The notes under the pieces are model-generated. The model saw only the letters and a program-made list of their open reading frames with translations. It was not told the origin of the DNA and made no database searches. The position numbers and the translations under genes were made by a program. A stretch of 64,000 bases of DNA from Haliotis rubra (Eukaryota): NCBI RefSeq assembly GCF_003918875.1, contig NW_025766581.1, positions 1 through 64,000 on the forward strand, read 5' to 3'. Positions 13,931 to 26,728 of the stretch are shown here, piece after piece (position 1 is the first letter of the stretch; each line of letters opens with the position of its first letter).

Positions 13931-15292
13931 TGGGATTATTTGTTACTATCCAAATTATGTATATTGAGACAAAGCGTTAGTAAAAGGATCCAGATGTAGG
14001 TATGGTAGACTAAAGCTTAGTGTCTGGATTTATAAGATACATATAAGTCCAATTAAATTAAAAAGGAACACCAGTGAACTCAAAGATTTAAAGAGACTTG
14101 ATCTAGAGCATCTACATTGCAAAAATGGATTGGTCGGAAGGAAACCTAATTACATATCAAGATGATATCTGGTTTATTTTTGTTTTATGGAGAGAATCTA
14201 AGTGAGTCTTCTGACACGAGGATCAAGAATGACCAGACCTTATATTTGTGAACGAAATTTACCGAGAAACAGAACTAGTTTCTTGCATTACAATCATTTA
14301 TATTAGTGTAAATACGGTTTGTGTACAAACCGTGAAGGTAAATGTGCGTTTTGTGCTGGAGTTATGCAAGGCTACATAAGACACGTGCACGTGGCATGGG
14401 GTATTTCAGGTTCACACCTGGCAGGGAGACAGGTTGTCCACCCACCCACCCGTGTCCATAGTCTTCTTTAGATCACACATCCCGAAACAAAACAGTCTGG
14501 AAAGGTGTCTTAAATCACTTCAAGTGTTACCACACACCCAGGTACCTAATGTACGACGCCTTTATCCTGACTTCTTGTATAATTATGTAGAACATGCCTT
14601 TCTATTTGTTTCATTATTACAGTATTGTTTTCCTGCTCAGTGTTGTTTTACCTTGAGCAAACATGTCCTCATCTAGAATACTTTGGTAAGCACTGAGCAT
14701 CAAGTGCTTTATCTTTTTTTCTGTATGCGTATTTAGAATGATCTTAGCACCCTTTTAACAAAGCCTGGGTCCAAAAATACACCAAAAGATATTTTTTAGT
14801 ATTGATCTTTGTGTCCAAGAACCATATTTATAATTAAATCTTGAGGTCAAGGGTACACCTTGTGTGCCTGTTTTCACAGACAACAATGTTGTAGTGTCAA
14901 TCCAAGACTGATTGTTCTTTTTTTCCGATTTTACTGCTTGTTGAGAGTGTATGATTAAATGGATGTACACAGGTTTTAGTTGTGTCCGTTTGATGAACCC
15001 GAAGATGAGAATGTGATAATATGGCTGAACAAGGGAATTTGGTGAGATTTCAAGTATTAAGCTACATTATTTCGTAGAACAATGCTGACGTTTGAAATAC
15101 TTGACGTCACGTTTATATTTTGTGACCCTATATTCACATTCTTGCACAGTAGACAATTATGTTGTGGCATCAACCAGAGATCTTTCCCGTATATTTCAGT
15201 TTTGGTTTCTGTTTTCTGTTTTGTTTTGTAGCTGAACACGAACATGTAGCTGTGAACAGTTGTACTATAGTGATTCAGTTAGATGAGCATGA

Positions 15293-15458
15293 CTGACTGA
15301 GTGAGTTTGGTTTTACGCCGCTTTTAGCAATATTCCAGCAACATCACGTCGGGGGACACCAGAAATGGGCTTCCGACATTGTACCCATGTGGGGATTCGA
15401 ACCCGTGTCTTCGGCGTGACGAACCAACGCTTTAACCACTAGGCTACCCTACCGCCCC
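15293..15458 (-). mobile_element. tRNA-derived SINE (family A), full length, 12-bp TSD
   Basis: Minus strand begins GGGGCGGTAGGGTAGCCTAGTGGTTAAAGCG (A box), has GGTTCGAATCCCC (B box) and a (TCAC/TCAG)n tail. TSD AGATGAGCATGA at 15281-15292 and 15459-15470; the empty paralogous site is at ~22275. Confidence 0.92.
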
Positions 15459-16571
15459 AGATGAGCATGAAGACGAGAGCCACACAAAATACTGTGAGTA
15501 GACTATACTAGTGTGGACAAGGGGATTTGGTGCCATTTGGCCCTTACTTGTATAGATGTATCTTCCAAATGTAATTGCTGGGACGAGATGACAAGTCTTG
15601 TGACATCAGTCTGAGATACTGTCAGTCCAGATTGGAAGTATATTTCAGCTGGTGACAGGTATTCTTTGACGGTGATACTTTGGAAAATAGAACTTGTGGG
15701 TAATTAAACTGGAAACACATAAAGTGCCATTTGTTCAAAGTATGTTTTTCTGTCGGTGTTAGTGAAAATGTGTATACGCTGGCATGTATATTTTTGAAAA
15801 CGCATGTAATTCGATTTTCATAAGATGATTACAATAATAGGAAGGATACATACGCTTAATTGACTATCTTGGGTAACGTTCTGGTTGAACAGCTGCTTTT
15901 AGTACAGTAACTATATTACCACTTAAACAAAAGCATGTTTTATGTGGATGAACGGAGCACGGTTCGAGGATTCATGACATGTAGGCTAATATTTTCTTTT
16001 GAAAACACACATGGAACAGTCCTATAGTAGCAATCCACAGTCCGATAATAACAATCCAGCAGGGGGTTTTGTCGGGGAAAATTATTAAAATTACACTTGA
16101 GTGTTTGCTAGTTCATTTGACCCGGCGTTAAACCAATGCAGCATTTTCTTGTATTTCTTTGTCAATATTCATTCACTTGTCTTTGGTCGATGTCTTTAAA
16201 CAAAGTAGAAACCATTTTGTCATATTCACTCTAAATCTGGAGATAAATATTGTGGTCAGTGTCACTCTAAATCTTTGGAGATAAATATAAATAGATGACA
16301 CGTCTCACCGGCCTCCTGTATCTCATCGGCGTCCCCGACTAGGCTACCCCACCGGCAAACAAATGGAAGGGAACTAGCTATTTGATAGCCATTGAACATA
16401 AAAGATCTTCGAAACTAAAGTTATATTCGTAACTGTACTGGAAATGCATGCATTTCACATTTGGTCTGTGACAATACTGTTTTGGTGTATGTGTTTTACA
16501 CATCACGACTAAGTTGTAAAATGTTTCAGCTTTATTTTCAACGGAGCCTTAAATTGATTAACAGTTTGGAA

Positions 16572-16741
16572 CTGACTGAATGACTGAGTTTGGTTTTACG
16601 CCGCTTTTAGCAATATTCCAGCAATATCACGGCGGGGGACACCAGAAATGGGCTTCACTCATTGTACCCATGTGGGGATTCGAACCCGAGTCTTCGGCGT
16701 GACGAGCCAACGCTTTAACCACTAGACTACCCCACCGCCCC
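16572..16741 (-). mobile_element. tRNA-derived SINE (family A), full length
   Basis: Nearly identical to 15293-15458; TSD AACAGTTTGGAA / AACAGTGTGGAA at 16560-16571 and 16742-16753. Confidence 0.9.
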
Positions 16742-17679
16742 AACAGTGTGGAAAGTGTTTTGCAATAATGAAAGGGGGGCAACACTACCAAGATATCCTG
16801 AAAGCGGCGTTAAAACATAATCTCTCACTCACTTCTATTACAATTATATGTTTGCATCTATGTAACTATGGGAATGGCTAAACAACACCACTAAGACAAT
16901 AAGGCATAAAAGAGGCCAAACAACAGTTAAACATATGGAACAAGTGAACTGAGAATGCAAGAGACAGACACTGATACTCCGTGTACGTGCGGAGTGTTGC
17001 TCCGCCTGCACCTCGCCAGCACCAGCTGACCTCGGCCTGATAAACATATGTTTTTCAATGTGTCTGTGTCAGTATAACATTTTGAATAACTCCTTTTGTG
17101 ACTGTAAGTTTTAGAATTAGAATTTGAATAAACACGGTATTTTCTCATCTATTTGAATTAATGTTCATAGAAGTTAATGTTGGTTGGTTGGTTAACGACG
17201 CACTCAGACCAATTCTAACCCGGATCTTCTGGTAGACAAGCATGGGTTACTGAAGACCAAGAGTTATAAGTAACCACTACACAACACAGGCATTCAGTTC
17301 TTGAACGGCATTTAAAAGTCGGATGAACATGAATACATAACATGGCTCACTTATTGTTTAGATACGTGTTCAAACTCAGTATACGTATGTGTAAAAGATT
17401 AAATCGCTTAGTTGGGAAACACAGGGAGTAGGTGTAGAACAGGGAAAGAATTGTAACCAGTATTGTTTATGTTGTTTCAAAGATTTTCTGAAAGTTGCTT
17501 TATGGGACATTAAGTTTGTTTGCCATTTTAATGAAAAAATATGATATTGTGCTGCTGCAATGTGCATGTCCTGAAAAGACGTTTCCTTTTGGCTATGTTG
17601 AATGTAAACATACCAACACTGGGGGCTTTTTTATGCTCAGTCAACAACGGCTGATAAGCGCCCAGCCGAGTTGAACATT

Positions 17680-17741
17680 TACGGAAAAGGTCGAGTACAA
17701 CCGATTGCAGCAAACCACACCCAAAACCACACCGGAAAGGT
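17680..17741 (+). promoter_or_regulatory. Putative promoter / non-coding first exon and its splice donor for copy C (conserved upstream of every copy)
   Basis: Motif ttacggaaaaggNcgagtNcaaccgattg...cggaaAG|GTAG recurs with GT at 8426, 17740, 25639, 33497 (diverged), 43088 and 59862. The ATG of copies C-G is directly preceded by an acceptor (tcttacag/tcttgcag), so an upstream exon is required. Confidence 0.45.
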
Positions 17742-17844
17742 AGGCTTAAGTCATTGCTTGTGATTTTCTGTAACGTACATATTGTTGAACTGATAACTGT
17801 TACCATTTATTGTGTTTTGTCAAATGTTATTCATTATCTGATAG

Positions 17845-18005
17845 GGGGCGGTGGGGTAGCCTAATGGTGAAAGCGTTGGCTCGTCACGCCGAAGACCCGG
17901 GTTCGAATCTCCACATGGGCACAATGGAAAAGCCCATTTCTGGTGTCCCCCGCCGTGATGTTGCTGGAATATTGCTAACAGCGGCGTAAAACCAAACTCA
18001 GTCAG
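17845..18005 (+). mobile_element. tRNA-derived SINE (family A), full length, 14-bp TSD
   Basis: GGGGCGGTGGGGTAGCCTAATGG...GGTTCGAATCTCC; TSD TCATTATCTGATAG at 17831-17844 and 18006-18019; the empty paralogous site is at ~43177. Confidence 0.92.
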
Positions 18006-18784
18006 TCATTATCTGATAGAAATATACGAGTGTCAGTACGTCTTGAAATCAGTGATAATTGTGAGGGTAGGTTGTCTACTTTCGTCATCAGTTTTAACCA
18101 TGGTAGCATTTGAGCTAAGTGGGTAAATCCAATTATACAAAGGTATTGACATTGACTGGTTCATTGGGTTGAATAATAATCATTGTTCTGATGTAATTCC
18201 GGTGAAGCTATCCATTCAATGGTTCCTCCTACCGTGTTTTGTGCGATACCTTAATACTGGCGGCTCGGGGACGTGTTGGTCATGTGCGTTGTCAGTGTTT
18301 GTTTAACTTTGAAAGGGTCGAGGTTAACGGTGAGTGAATAGATAACATATACATGCTCAGAATCGTGGCGGCGCAGATATGTGGGTTGTGTTATCCACAC
18401 CTGAAGTGCATATATGTGGCAGGAATATAGGTTTGGGCCGAACTACCCTGTTAATATACTGTTCAGTATAGACAGAGAAAACACTGTGCATACCTTAATG
18501 GGGAACGTGGAGGCCAGTCCATGACATCAACAGCAGCGTTAGTAATAACAGGGTGGGGCTCGACGTTGTCATAGTAACATGTCAGTCCAGGATCATGTAG
18601 CTGCATATATGGCAGAAGTTCGCGGGTGAAAACCTGGCTCCGATACTGTATTTAGTAACATATTCCTGGACGACAATCAGCTGAGACTGGCACCACTGGC
18701 ACGAATATGCTCCCAGAAGTATTATGAACTTGTATGGTAAATAATAAGGTCAATAAGATGTCAGTGTTCCCAGTCTGACTGCTC

Positions 18785-18875
18785 AGATACAGACAGATAG
18801 ATAGATAGATGATAGACATGTAGATAGATATCCGTTTATATTTACTATGTGTCTGTGTGTGTGTGCGCGTGTTCG
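18785..18875. repeat. (AGAT)n plus (GT/GC)n microsatellite in the 5' intron
   Basis: agatacagacagatagatagatagat followed by gtgtgtgtgtgtgcgcgt; paralogs at ~9260-9330 and ~60738-60820. Confidence 0.8.
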
Positions 18876-18989
18876 TGTACAGCTTCACATACAGATGCGC
18901 GTATGTTCAGATCTTTCATTGCTGCTTGTACTGAATCTAATTAATTTCTATTAAACTAAGAAGGCACAAACTGCATGTGTATCTTACAG

Positions 18990-21127
18990 ATGGCAACCGC
19001 CGGGCCAGAGAAGAAAGTAAAGGATAATTTCCTGACGTGCTCCATCTGCTTGGAGATGTACACAGACCCATGTACACTGAAGTGTGATCACACATTCTGC
19101 AAGAAATGTGTCACCTCATACATCCAAACCAGACCAGATGCTGTACAGTCCAAGACCATCCCCTGTCCCTGCTGTCGACAAGGCACCAAGGTTCCCCACC
19201 CCAGGAGGCCGGTGAAGGAGTGGGCTGGGCAGATCAAACCCAGCATCATTATACAGGGGCTGATTGACACCTATAGATCCGAGGTGGCTGTGCCAGGTAA
19301 AGTGAAAATATCATATGCGTGTGTACGTGTGCGTGTGCGTGTGCGTGTGCCTGCGTGTGTGTGTATTTAAAACCAGTGGTAGACTTAACATTGACATATG
19401 TGTGTGTAAAAAAATACCCTGCTTCCTTTATTAGCATTTTTAAATTGCAATGAAAATAAGTACATATGTACTTGTGTTTACAGGGACCTCAAGCACCTGT
19501 TGTACGATCTGTCAGCAACTAGGGGAAACAACTCCAGGGGTCTTGTTGTGTCCTGAGTGTGAAGTGGTCCTCTGCGACAAATGTGTGAAGATACACCGGG
19601 TGACCCCTACTCTATTGAACCATGACCTATGTGACCTGTCGTCTAGGTCAAAGGTCAAACGGAGGATCAAGTGTACGGAACACAAGAGTAACCGTGTTGA
19701 GTTCCACTGTCAAGACTGTGGGAAGGCTGCCTGTCAGACATGTTGTATCATCTACCACAGAGCTTGTAAAACTGTCGTCACCATTGAGTCTATGAAGCCA
19801 GGGATGAAGGCAGCACTGATGGAGAAGAGACTTGGCATGGAGAAGATACTGAAAGTGAGGTCGAAGAAAGTAGACATACGAAACGAGAAACTCCAAAGTA
19901 ATTCTAGAATCACAGAGTCAGCTGTTCAAAATATTAGGTTGATCTGCCAGACAGCTATTAACAAGATTAAACAGAAAGAAACACAACTCTTGGATGAACT
20001 GAATAACATATCACAGACATACGCCGACCGAGCTGATGTGAATCTGGAAGAGATCGAGATGCAGATGTACAGACAACATTGTGAGTTCATTGACCAGGCC
20101 TTGGTATCGGACTCTGAGATGGACCTGTATGACGCGTATCAGGCCTGGGAGTCTGGAGCTGTAGAGATTGAGGATGTCAGGGATACAGAGGCAGCAGCCA
20201 CCCGGAGAATAGATGACATCATCTTTACACCAGACACTGACAACGTCCTGAAGGTCCTAGATAACCTGCAGTTGGGAGAGATTGACGTCACATACCGGGA
20301 TCAGGGTACATGTCAGCCATCTCCAGTGCTGGTTGACACGATAGATGGGAGGGTGTCGGGTGATGAGGAGGAGCCTTACCTACAAGACGTGACAGTTCTG
20401 GTTGTAGATGGTGTACAGACATGTGTTGTTACGGACTATAATAACAAGTGTGTGAAATCTTTCTTCACAAGAAATAATCATTCATGCCATAGTAAACTTC
20501 CCCTGGATAACTCTCCAGACGGGATAACACAGTTGAATGAGAAGCAGGTGATGGTTGCTGTCCCTTTATCCCGTCAGATTGTAAAGGTAGAAGTGGCCCC
20601 CTGACCTGGTGCTGCTCTCTACCACCAAAACACGTGCCGAATATTACAGTCTGGCTGTTCTGAATCCTTCCTGTCTAGCAGCAGGTACTTGGGAACGCAT
20701 GGATATCCTTGACATGGCTGGACACGTGTTGAGGTCTGTCATTACAGAAAAGAAAGCGTTACTATTTGCCTACCCTGACTACATCTTCGTCACCAACAAG
20801 GGCAACCTACTCGTGTCTGACTGGGGGAAGAAGTATGTGACATGTCTGACGTCAGAGGAGGGGGATGTTTTATGGAGATACAACCGTACCGGAGACAAGG
20901 CACTCGTCTACCCTTGTGGTATCACAGCTACCAGCACAGGAGACATCCTGTTTGTAGACAGAGACACTGACAAGGTGATACAGATGACAGAGTCGGGAGA
21001 GTTTGTCAGGGAGCTGCTCACGTTAGAAGATGGCGGTGAGACAGGCATGTGCGATATATTCTGTGATAAATACGGTTTCTTATTTCTATGCACAGACACG
21101 GAAGTGAAAGAGTACGTGTTTGTCTGA
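18990..21127 (+). CDS. TRIM-NHL E3 ligase copy C (RING-Bbox1-Bbox2-CC-NHL, TRIM56/TRIM2/3-like architecture without filamin); exons 18990-19296 and 19484-21127; one +1 frameshift in the C-run at 20597-20601
   Basis: RING CSICLEMYTDPCTLKCDHTFCKKC...CPCCR; B-box1 CTIC...CPEC...LCDKC...H...H; B-box2 CTEH...CQDC...CQTC...HRAC; coiled coil; NHL-type repeats (GNLLVSDW, GITATSTGDILFVD, GEFVRELL). The GT-AG phase-1 intron joins the exons in frame. Removing one C gives 649 aa. Confidence 0.9.
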
Positions 21128-24100
21128 CATAAAAATCAAAAGAATGAAAGTCAGTGCAGAACTGTGGTTTATGACATTCTGTGCATGGTGCTAGTCTGGA
21201 ATGGCTCGTGTCTTCACCAAAACGTATGGGCATCGCTTTGTCAGTGAATTGCAGACGTGCAATATTCAAATAGGTCGTTTCCAGCATGAAGTTAAAAATT
21301 CCACCAGGTGAAAGATCACCCGCTGTTGTGGAGATTCCTGGGATGACCTGAGCTACACAACGACTACTTGATCTTAACAGTGTGCTGAACCAGCTGAAGT
21401 TTGAAGAAATGCCTAAAGGAAATATTCCTCTCCGTTATCCCTATGATAGACTAAAGCTAAGATAGAGTCTGGATATATTATTTGTTTTTTGAAACACGAA
21501 GAACATTTTGTGTTGGATAGAACTGAGGAATAACGAACCCGGTGCTGGTTAGGTTTTTTGTTACTCGGAAGTGTACATGTTTCCGTGTATATGACCACAC
21601 CAGTGTATGTGTATTTAGAATGATCTCATCATCCGGTCAACAAAGCATGGGCCCAAACAAATTCCAAACGATATTTCTAGTATAGAGCGATTTTTCCTAA
21701 AACCATATATAATTCCTTTCAAAAAGTTTAGACTCACTAGTGTAATATACTTCCCATCAAAAGTTTAGACTGTTTTAAGTGAGTCTAAACTTTTAAAAGG
21801 AAGTATACAAATTGAAGTCTTGAGGTCAAGGGTATACTGTATCTCTGTTTTCACATATTATACACAGGAGACACTATGTTGAAATGTCAACCCAAACCAA
21901 ATTGTTTTATTGCTTGTTAGGAAGTAAAATGAATGTGCGCAGTTTTTATTTCTGTCCGGTAGATGACTCTGAAGATGAGAAATTCATGTGATAATATGGT
22001 TGGACAAGGAAATTTAGTGAGATTTCTAGTATTAAATTATATTCTTTCGTAGAGCAATGCTAACATTTGAAATACTTGACGTCACGTTTCTATTTTGTGC
22101 ACCCATTTTCACATTACTATACATCAGACCATTATCTGACACATGTATATTTCAGCTTTTGTTTCTGTTTTGCTTCGTTTCTCTTTGTAGCTGCATGACG
22201 ATGAATGAACGAGTTGTAAGTCAATGGAATGTGGTGTAATGCCGCTTTGAACAGTTGTACTATAGTGATACAGTTAGATGGGCATGATGACGAGAGACAC
22301 AAAACACTGTGAGTAGACTATACTAGAGAGGAGGACAAGGAAATTATAGATGTAATTGCTGGGCCGAGATCGCAAATCTGGGATACCAGTCTGAGATACC
22401 AGTCTGAGATACTGTCAGTCCAGATTGGACGTACATATATTTCAGCTTGCGACAGTTATTCTTTGACGGTGATACTTGTGGTGAAAAAAGTTGTAGGTAA
22501 TTAAATTGAAATCACATAAAGTGTCAGTTTGTTCAAAGTATGTTTCTTTCGGTGTTAGTGAAATGGGACATAGTCAAGCATATTTGTAAGGACCCATGGA
22601 ATTCCATTTTCATAAGATATGTGATTACAAACATAGGAAGGACCCAGATTCCCTACCAACCACAAAAATGATCATTCCTGAAAATTTTAAACAAAACACT
22701 TTCCACATTCGCGGAAAAATTATTTAAATTACACTTGAGTGTTTGCCAGTTCATTTGACCCGGCGTTAAAATGAGGCAACATTTTCTTGTCTTTCTTTCT
22801 CAATATTCATTCACATGTCTCTGGTTAATTTCACTTCGCTGATTCAAACAAGTTTCCGGATCATATCAGATAAGTGGCTGTGCCCTCTATATATTACCTG
22901 ATTTATCAAGGCAATACGTCGAACTTTTGTAGAAGCATTTTGTTTCTTGCGCATGACATAAACTGTCTAGTAAAAATTCTGATATATGAGCGAAAAAACG
23001 AGAGAAAATATCCATGATAGCCTAATAGGGTCTTGTTCACACGAAGGTGTTTGTGTTTTTTGTTTAACTGCACCAAAAGCAATATTAAAGCTGACAATCT
23101 AAGCTGAGTTCAAGTAGTGCATGATATTTATTCGTATTTCATGATAGTTATTGACTAAGGTTAGGTCGCATTTCAGCCTGATTAGCAATGTGGCCCTTGA
23201 CGTAGAGCCGGACAAAACGGTTACCTTCATGATCCAAATAGGGCGATGAATTTGCTTGAATTGTCATTATTCAAACACGTGATGCACGTGCATTACAACT
23301 TTAACTGTGTAAAAGGTATGTTTATATGGAAAAGGTATTACTATATGCTGATTTCTGTGAAACGTAGCAAGAGTTTCAGCTTCATCGTGCATGTTGCATT
23401 TCAACTTTATGCTTGACATTGTGTAGGAACATAACAGTTGCAAACAGGAAAGCTGCAACATCTAGTTTAGATTGCACACCTCGGGAGGTGATATCATGAA
23501 CTCAACTTTTATTTGAAGTACCAAATCATTTGCTAGCATCATCAAAAACTGTTCACTAAAGTTGGGGAATATTTCATCAACTTCTCCCAAAACAAATGCA
23601 AAGCAGTATAACTAAAACATACTGGAGAAATTTACAAACGTAATGTTTGACACTGAGTATGCTCATCGTGGATTGATTTATGTCGGACACAACACATATT
23701 ATCAACATGAAACATCCTGTAAGAAAAGGCTAATAAAAGAAATCATCCCCATACTGTACATAGAAAATATTGCACTTTTGCATGAATCTTGGAATGGCAG
23801 GGAAAACCATTCATCTATTAGCCTGATATGCGGGTGATCTTAATTGTCACAATGTCACGGGGATGTAATTATTTCTGTCCTGTTTGTTTGTTTCTTGTTT
23901 AACGCTCAACTCAGCGATATTCCAGCTATATGGCGGAATATTGTAACTAATCGAGTCTGGACCGGTTAGTGCAGTGATCAACATCATGAACCGCGAGAGC
24001 GAGAGACATTGATACATCGTGTATGTGCCGAATGCTGCTCCGCCTGCACCTCGCCAGCAACACCTGACCTCGGCCTGATAAACATATGTTTCTCAATGTG

Positions 24101-26363
24101 TCTGTGTCAGTATAACATCTTGAATACCTATTTTTGTCACTGTAATTTTTAAAATTAGAATTTGAATAAAAAAGGTGTTTTTTCTCTTCTATTTGAGTTA
24201 GTGTTCAGAGAGGTCAATGTTGGCTGATTATGGTTTGTTTAACGCCGCACTCAGCTACGTTCCAGCAATATGGCGGCTATCTGTAAATAATCGAGCCTGG
24301 ACCAGACAGTGATCAGCATTATGAACATCGATCTTTGCAATGGGGATACTATGACATGAGTCAACCAAGTCAGCCAGCCTGTCCAACCGATCCCGTTAGT
24401 CGCCTCCTACAAGCCGACAAGCATGGGCTACTGAGGATCAATTCTAACCCGGACCTTCACGGGTGGGAGAAGTCAATCGGAGTTATAAGTAACAATTACA
24501 CAACACATGCATTTCAGTTCTTGGAAGGCATTTAGAAGTTGGATGAACATGAATACATGTGAACGGTCACTTACTGTTTAGATACGTGTTCAAACTCAGT
24601 ATACGTATGTGTAAAAGATTAAACCGCTTAGTTGGGAAACACAGGGAGTAGGTGTAGGACAGGGAAAGAATTGTAACCAGTATTGTTTATGTTGTTTCAA
24701 AGATTTTCTAAAAGTTGCTTTATGGGACATTTAGTTTTTTGCCACTTTAATGCATCAACGTTCTCTTTTGGTTATGTTGACACATTATCTGAATTTCTTG
24801 TAAGCATACCAACACCGGGTCGTGTTTTACAGACATTATAAACCTAACCCTATTTTTGTCCATTTTATTGAAGAGGTAGCTTAAAAGAATAAAGACCCCT
24901 AACCGGGTTTTACAAGTTGTAATACCTGTGACAAGATAAAATAACAAAATTCAAAAGATAAAATTGTTTGTTTAATTATTAACTGCTTAAAGCTTAGAGT
25001 GCCATGGAAAGTTTTGTGCCAGTCAGTAGATAGGATTTCGTGTTGTGAACGAGCCTTTCCAACAGCACATTCTGGCTGTGGGTCGGTCTTTGTAACCATG
25101 GTTACGGTGGTTTGCGGGTGGGCCTCGGCTGGTCTTGACTTTTCAGGTAGTTGGACACTGCAGCTTTCTGGTCGTCAGATAACCGTTTGTACACCCTTAC
25201 TGCCTCACTGCGATGTCCTAGACAATAGAAATATTTGCTATTTACACACCTTCAACAAAGTGTTTTCAGTAAATTCTGTAGATTCCAAGATCATATCACA
25301 TCCATATTTCCGTTTTAACAAGAGTTTAGAATCATTAAATATACTTTTTATTATAAGCCTTTTGGGAGCATTATTGACGTATATACCCTTTAAAACATAT
25401 CACGTACCATAGACTACAAGTAACCAAAGATTTACAATAATGGACCCACAAATCAGCGAAAAGGCCGACATAGACTCTTACCTGTTTGTCGGGCTAAAGC
25501 CCTTTATGTGTGTCATATACACAGAAACGTCCTTCACGTCAACAAAGGGCAATACGCGCCCAGCCGAGAGAACACTTACGGAAAAGGGCGAGTTCAACCG
25601 AATGCGACAAACCACACGAACACACAGCCACCGGAAAGGTAGTCGTTGCTTGTGATTTTCTGCAAAGTAGATATTGTTAAACTGACAACTGATACCATTT
25701 ATTGTGATTTTTCTGATATAAATGTACGAGTGTCAGTACGTCTTGAAATCAGTGATAATTGTGAGGGTAAGTTGTCTACTTCGCAGGGGCTTGTAACGCT
25801 AAAAACTGCCATCAAGGTATATACTGTCACTGACGGGGTCTTAGTACTATACTGCCATCAAGGTATATACTGTCACTGACGGGGTGCATTGTCAGTGTTT
25901 GAGGTTAAAGTTGAGTGAATAGATACCATGTATAGTCGTGGCGGTGCAGGTATGTCGGTTGTGTTCTCCACGCCTGTAGTGCATGTATCTGGCAGGAACG
26001 TAGGTTTGGGTCGAGAGTCCCTGTTCACCTGGTCCCGATACTGTATAGCAGTAACATTATCCTGGATGACAATCGGCTGAGATCGACCATTGGCACGAAT
26101 ATGCTCCCAAGATTATTAAGTACATGCATGGTCAATAATATGGTAACTATGATGACGTAAATCGAGTGACATTGACCTGTTCATTGGTTTGTGTAATAGT
26201 CGGTATTCAGGTATAATTTCGGTGAGGGTGTCCATTCAATCGTTGCCCCTACTGTGTTTTCTGCGATGCCTTACATCTGGTTGCTAGGGGGCGTGTCGAC
26301 CATGTGTAGTGTCAGTGTTTGCCTTTGAGTAGGGTTGAGGTTAACGGTGAGCGATTAGATTAA
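21128..26363 (+). repeat. Segmental duplication: spacer C-D, near-identical to spacer E-F (38467-~44030)
   Basis: Long runs of identity, including the same spurious ORFs (23267-23461 = 40757-40951; 23643-23837 ~ 41133-41327). Confidence 0.92.
21706..21807. mobile_element. ~100-bp hairpin, Tc1/mariner-like MITE remnant with three TIR copies
   Basis: ttcctttcaaaaagtttagactcact ... tacttcccatcaaaagtttagactg ... agtgagtctaaacttttaaaaggaagta, flanked by TA. Absent at the paralogous site ~14826-14835; duplicated at ~39045-39144. Confidence 0.65.
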
Positions 26364-26545
26364 NNNNNNNNNNNNNNNNNNNNNNNNNNNNNNNNNNNNN
26401 NNNNNNNNNNNNNNNNNNNNNNNNNNNNNNNNNNNNNNNNNNNNNNNNNNNNNNNNNNNNNNNNNNNNNNNNNNNNNNNNNNNNNNNNNNNNNNNNNNNN
26501 NNNNNNNNNNNNNNNNNNNNNNNNNNNNNNNNNNNNNNNNNNNNN
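26364..26545. other. Assembly gap (N run)
   Basis: Run of n characters. Confidence 1.
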
Positions 26546-26728
26546 TTTAAAGTGTGTCTCTGTGTGTGAGTGTGTTAGTATACAGCTTCACATGCAGATG
26601 CGTGTATGTTCAGATCTTCCTGCGTGTATGTTCAGATCTTCCATTGCTGCTTATGGAATCTGTAGTGAGTAAAGCGTAGTCTATTTGTATTAAACTAAAC
26701 AGGCACAAACTGCATGTGTATCTTACAG

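Noticed and set aside
15293-18005. tRNA genes
   Set aside because: The tRNA-like heads continue into a shared body and microsatellite tail with TSDs, so these are SINEs.
18975-19370. Stand-alone 112-131-aa RING-only ORFs starting MCILQ
   Set aside because: They are better explained as exon 1 read through its splice sites: MCILQ overlaps the acceptor and GKVKI overlaps the donor. An intron-retention isoform cannot be supported from DNA alone.
23267-25879. Short ORFs conserved between spacers C-D and E-F
   Set aside because: They have no recognisable domains, and the identity is explained by recent segmental duplication.
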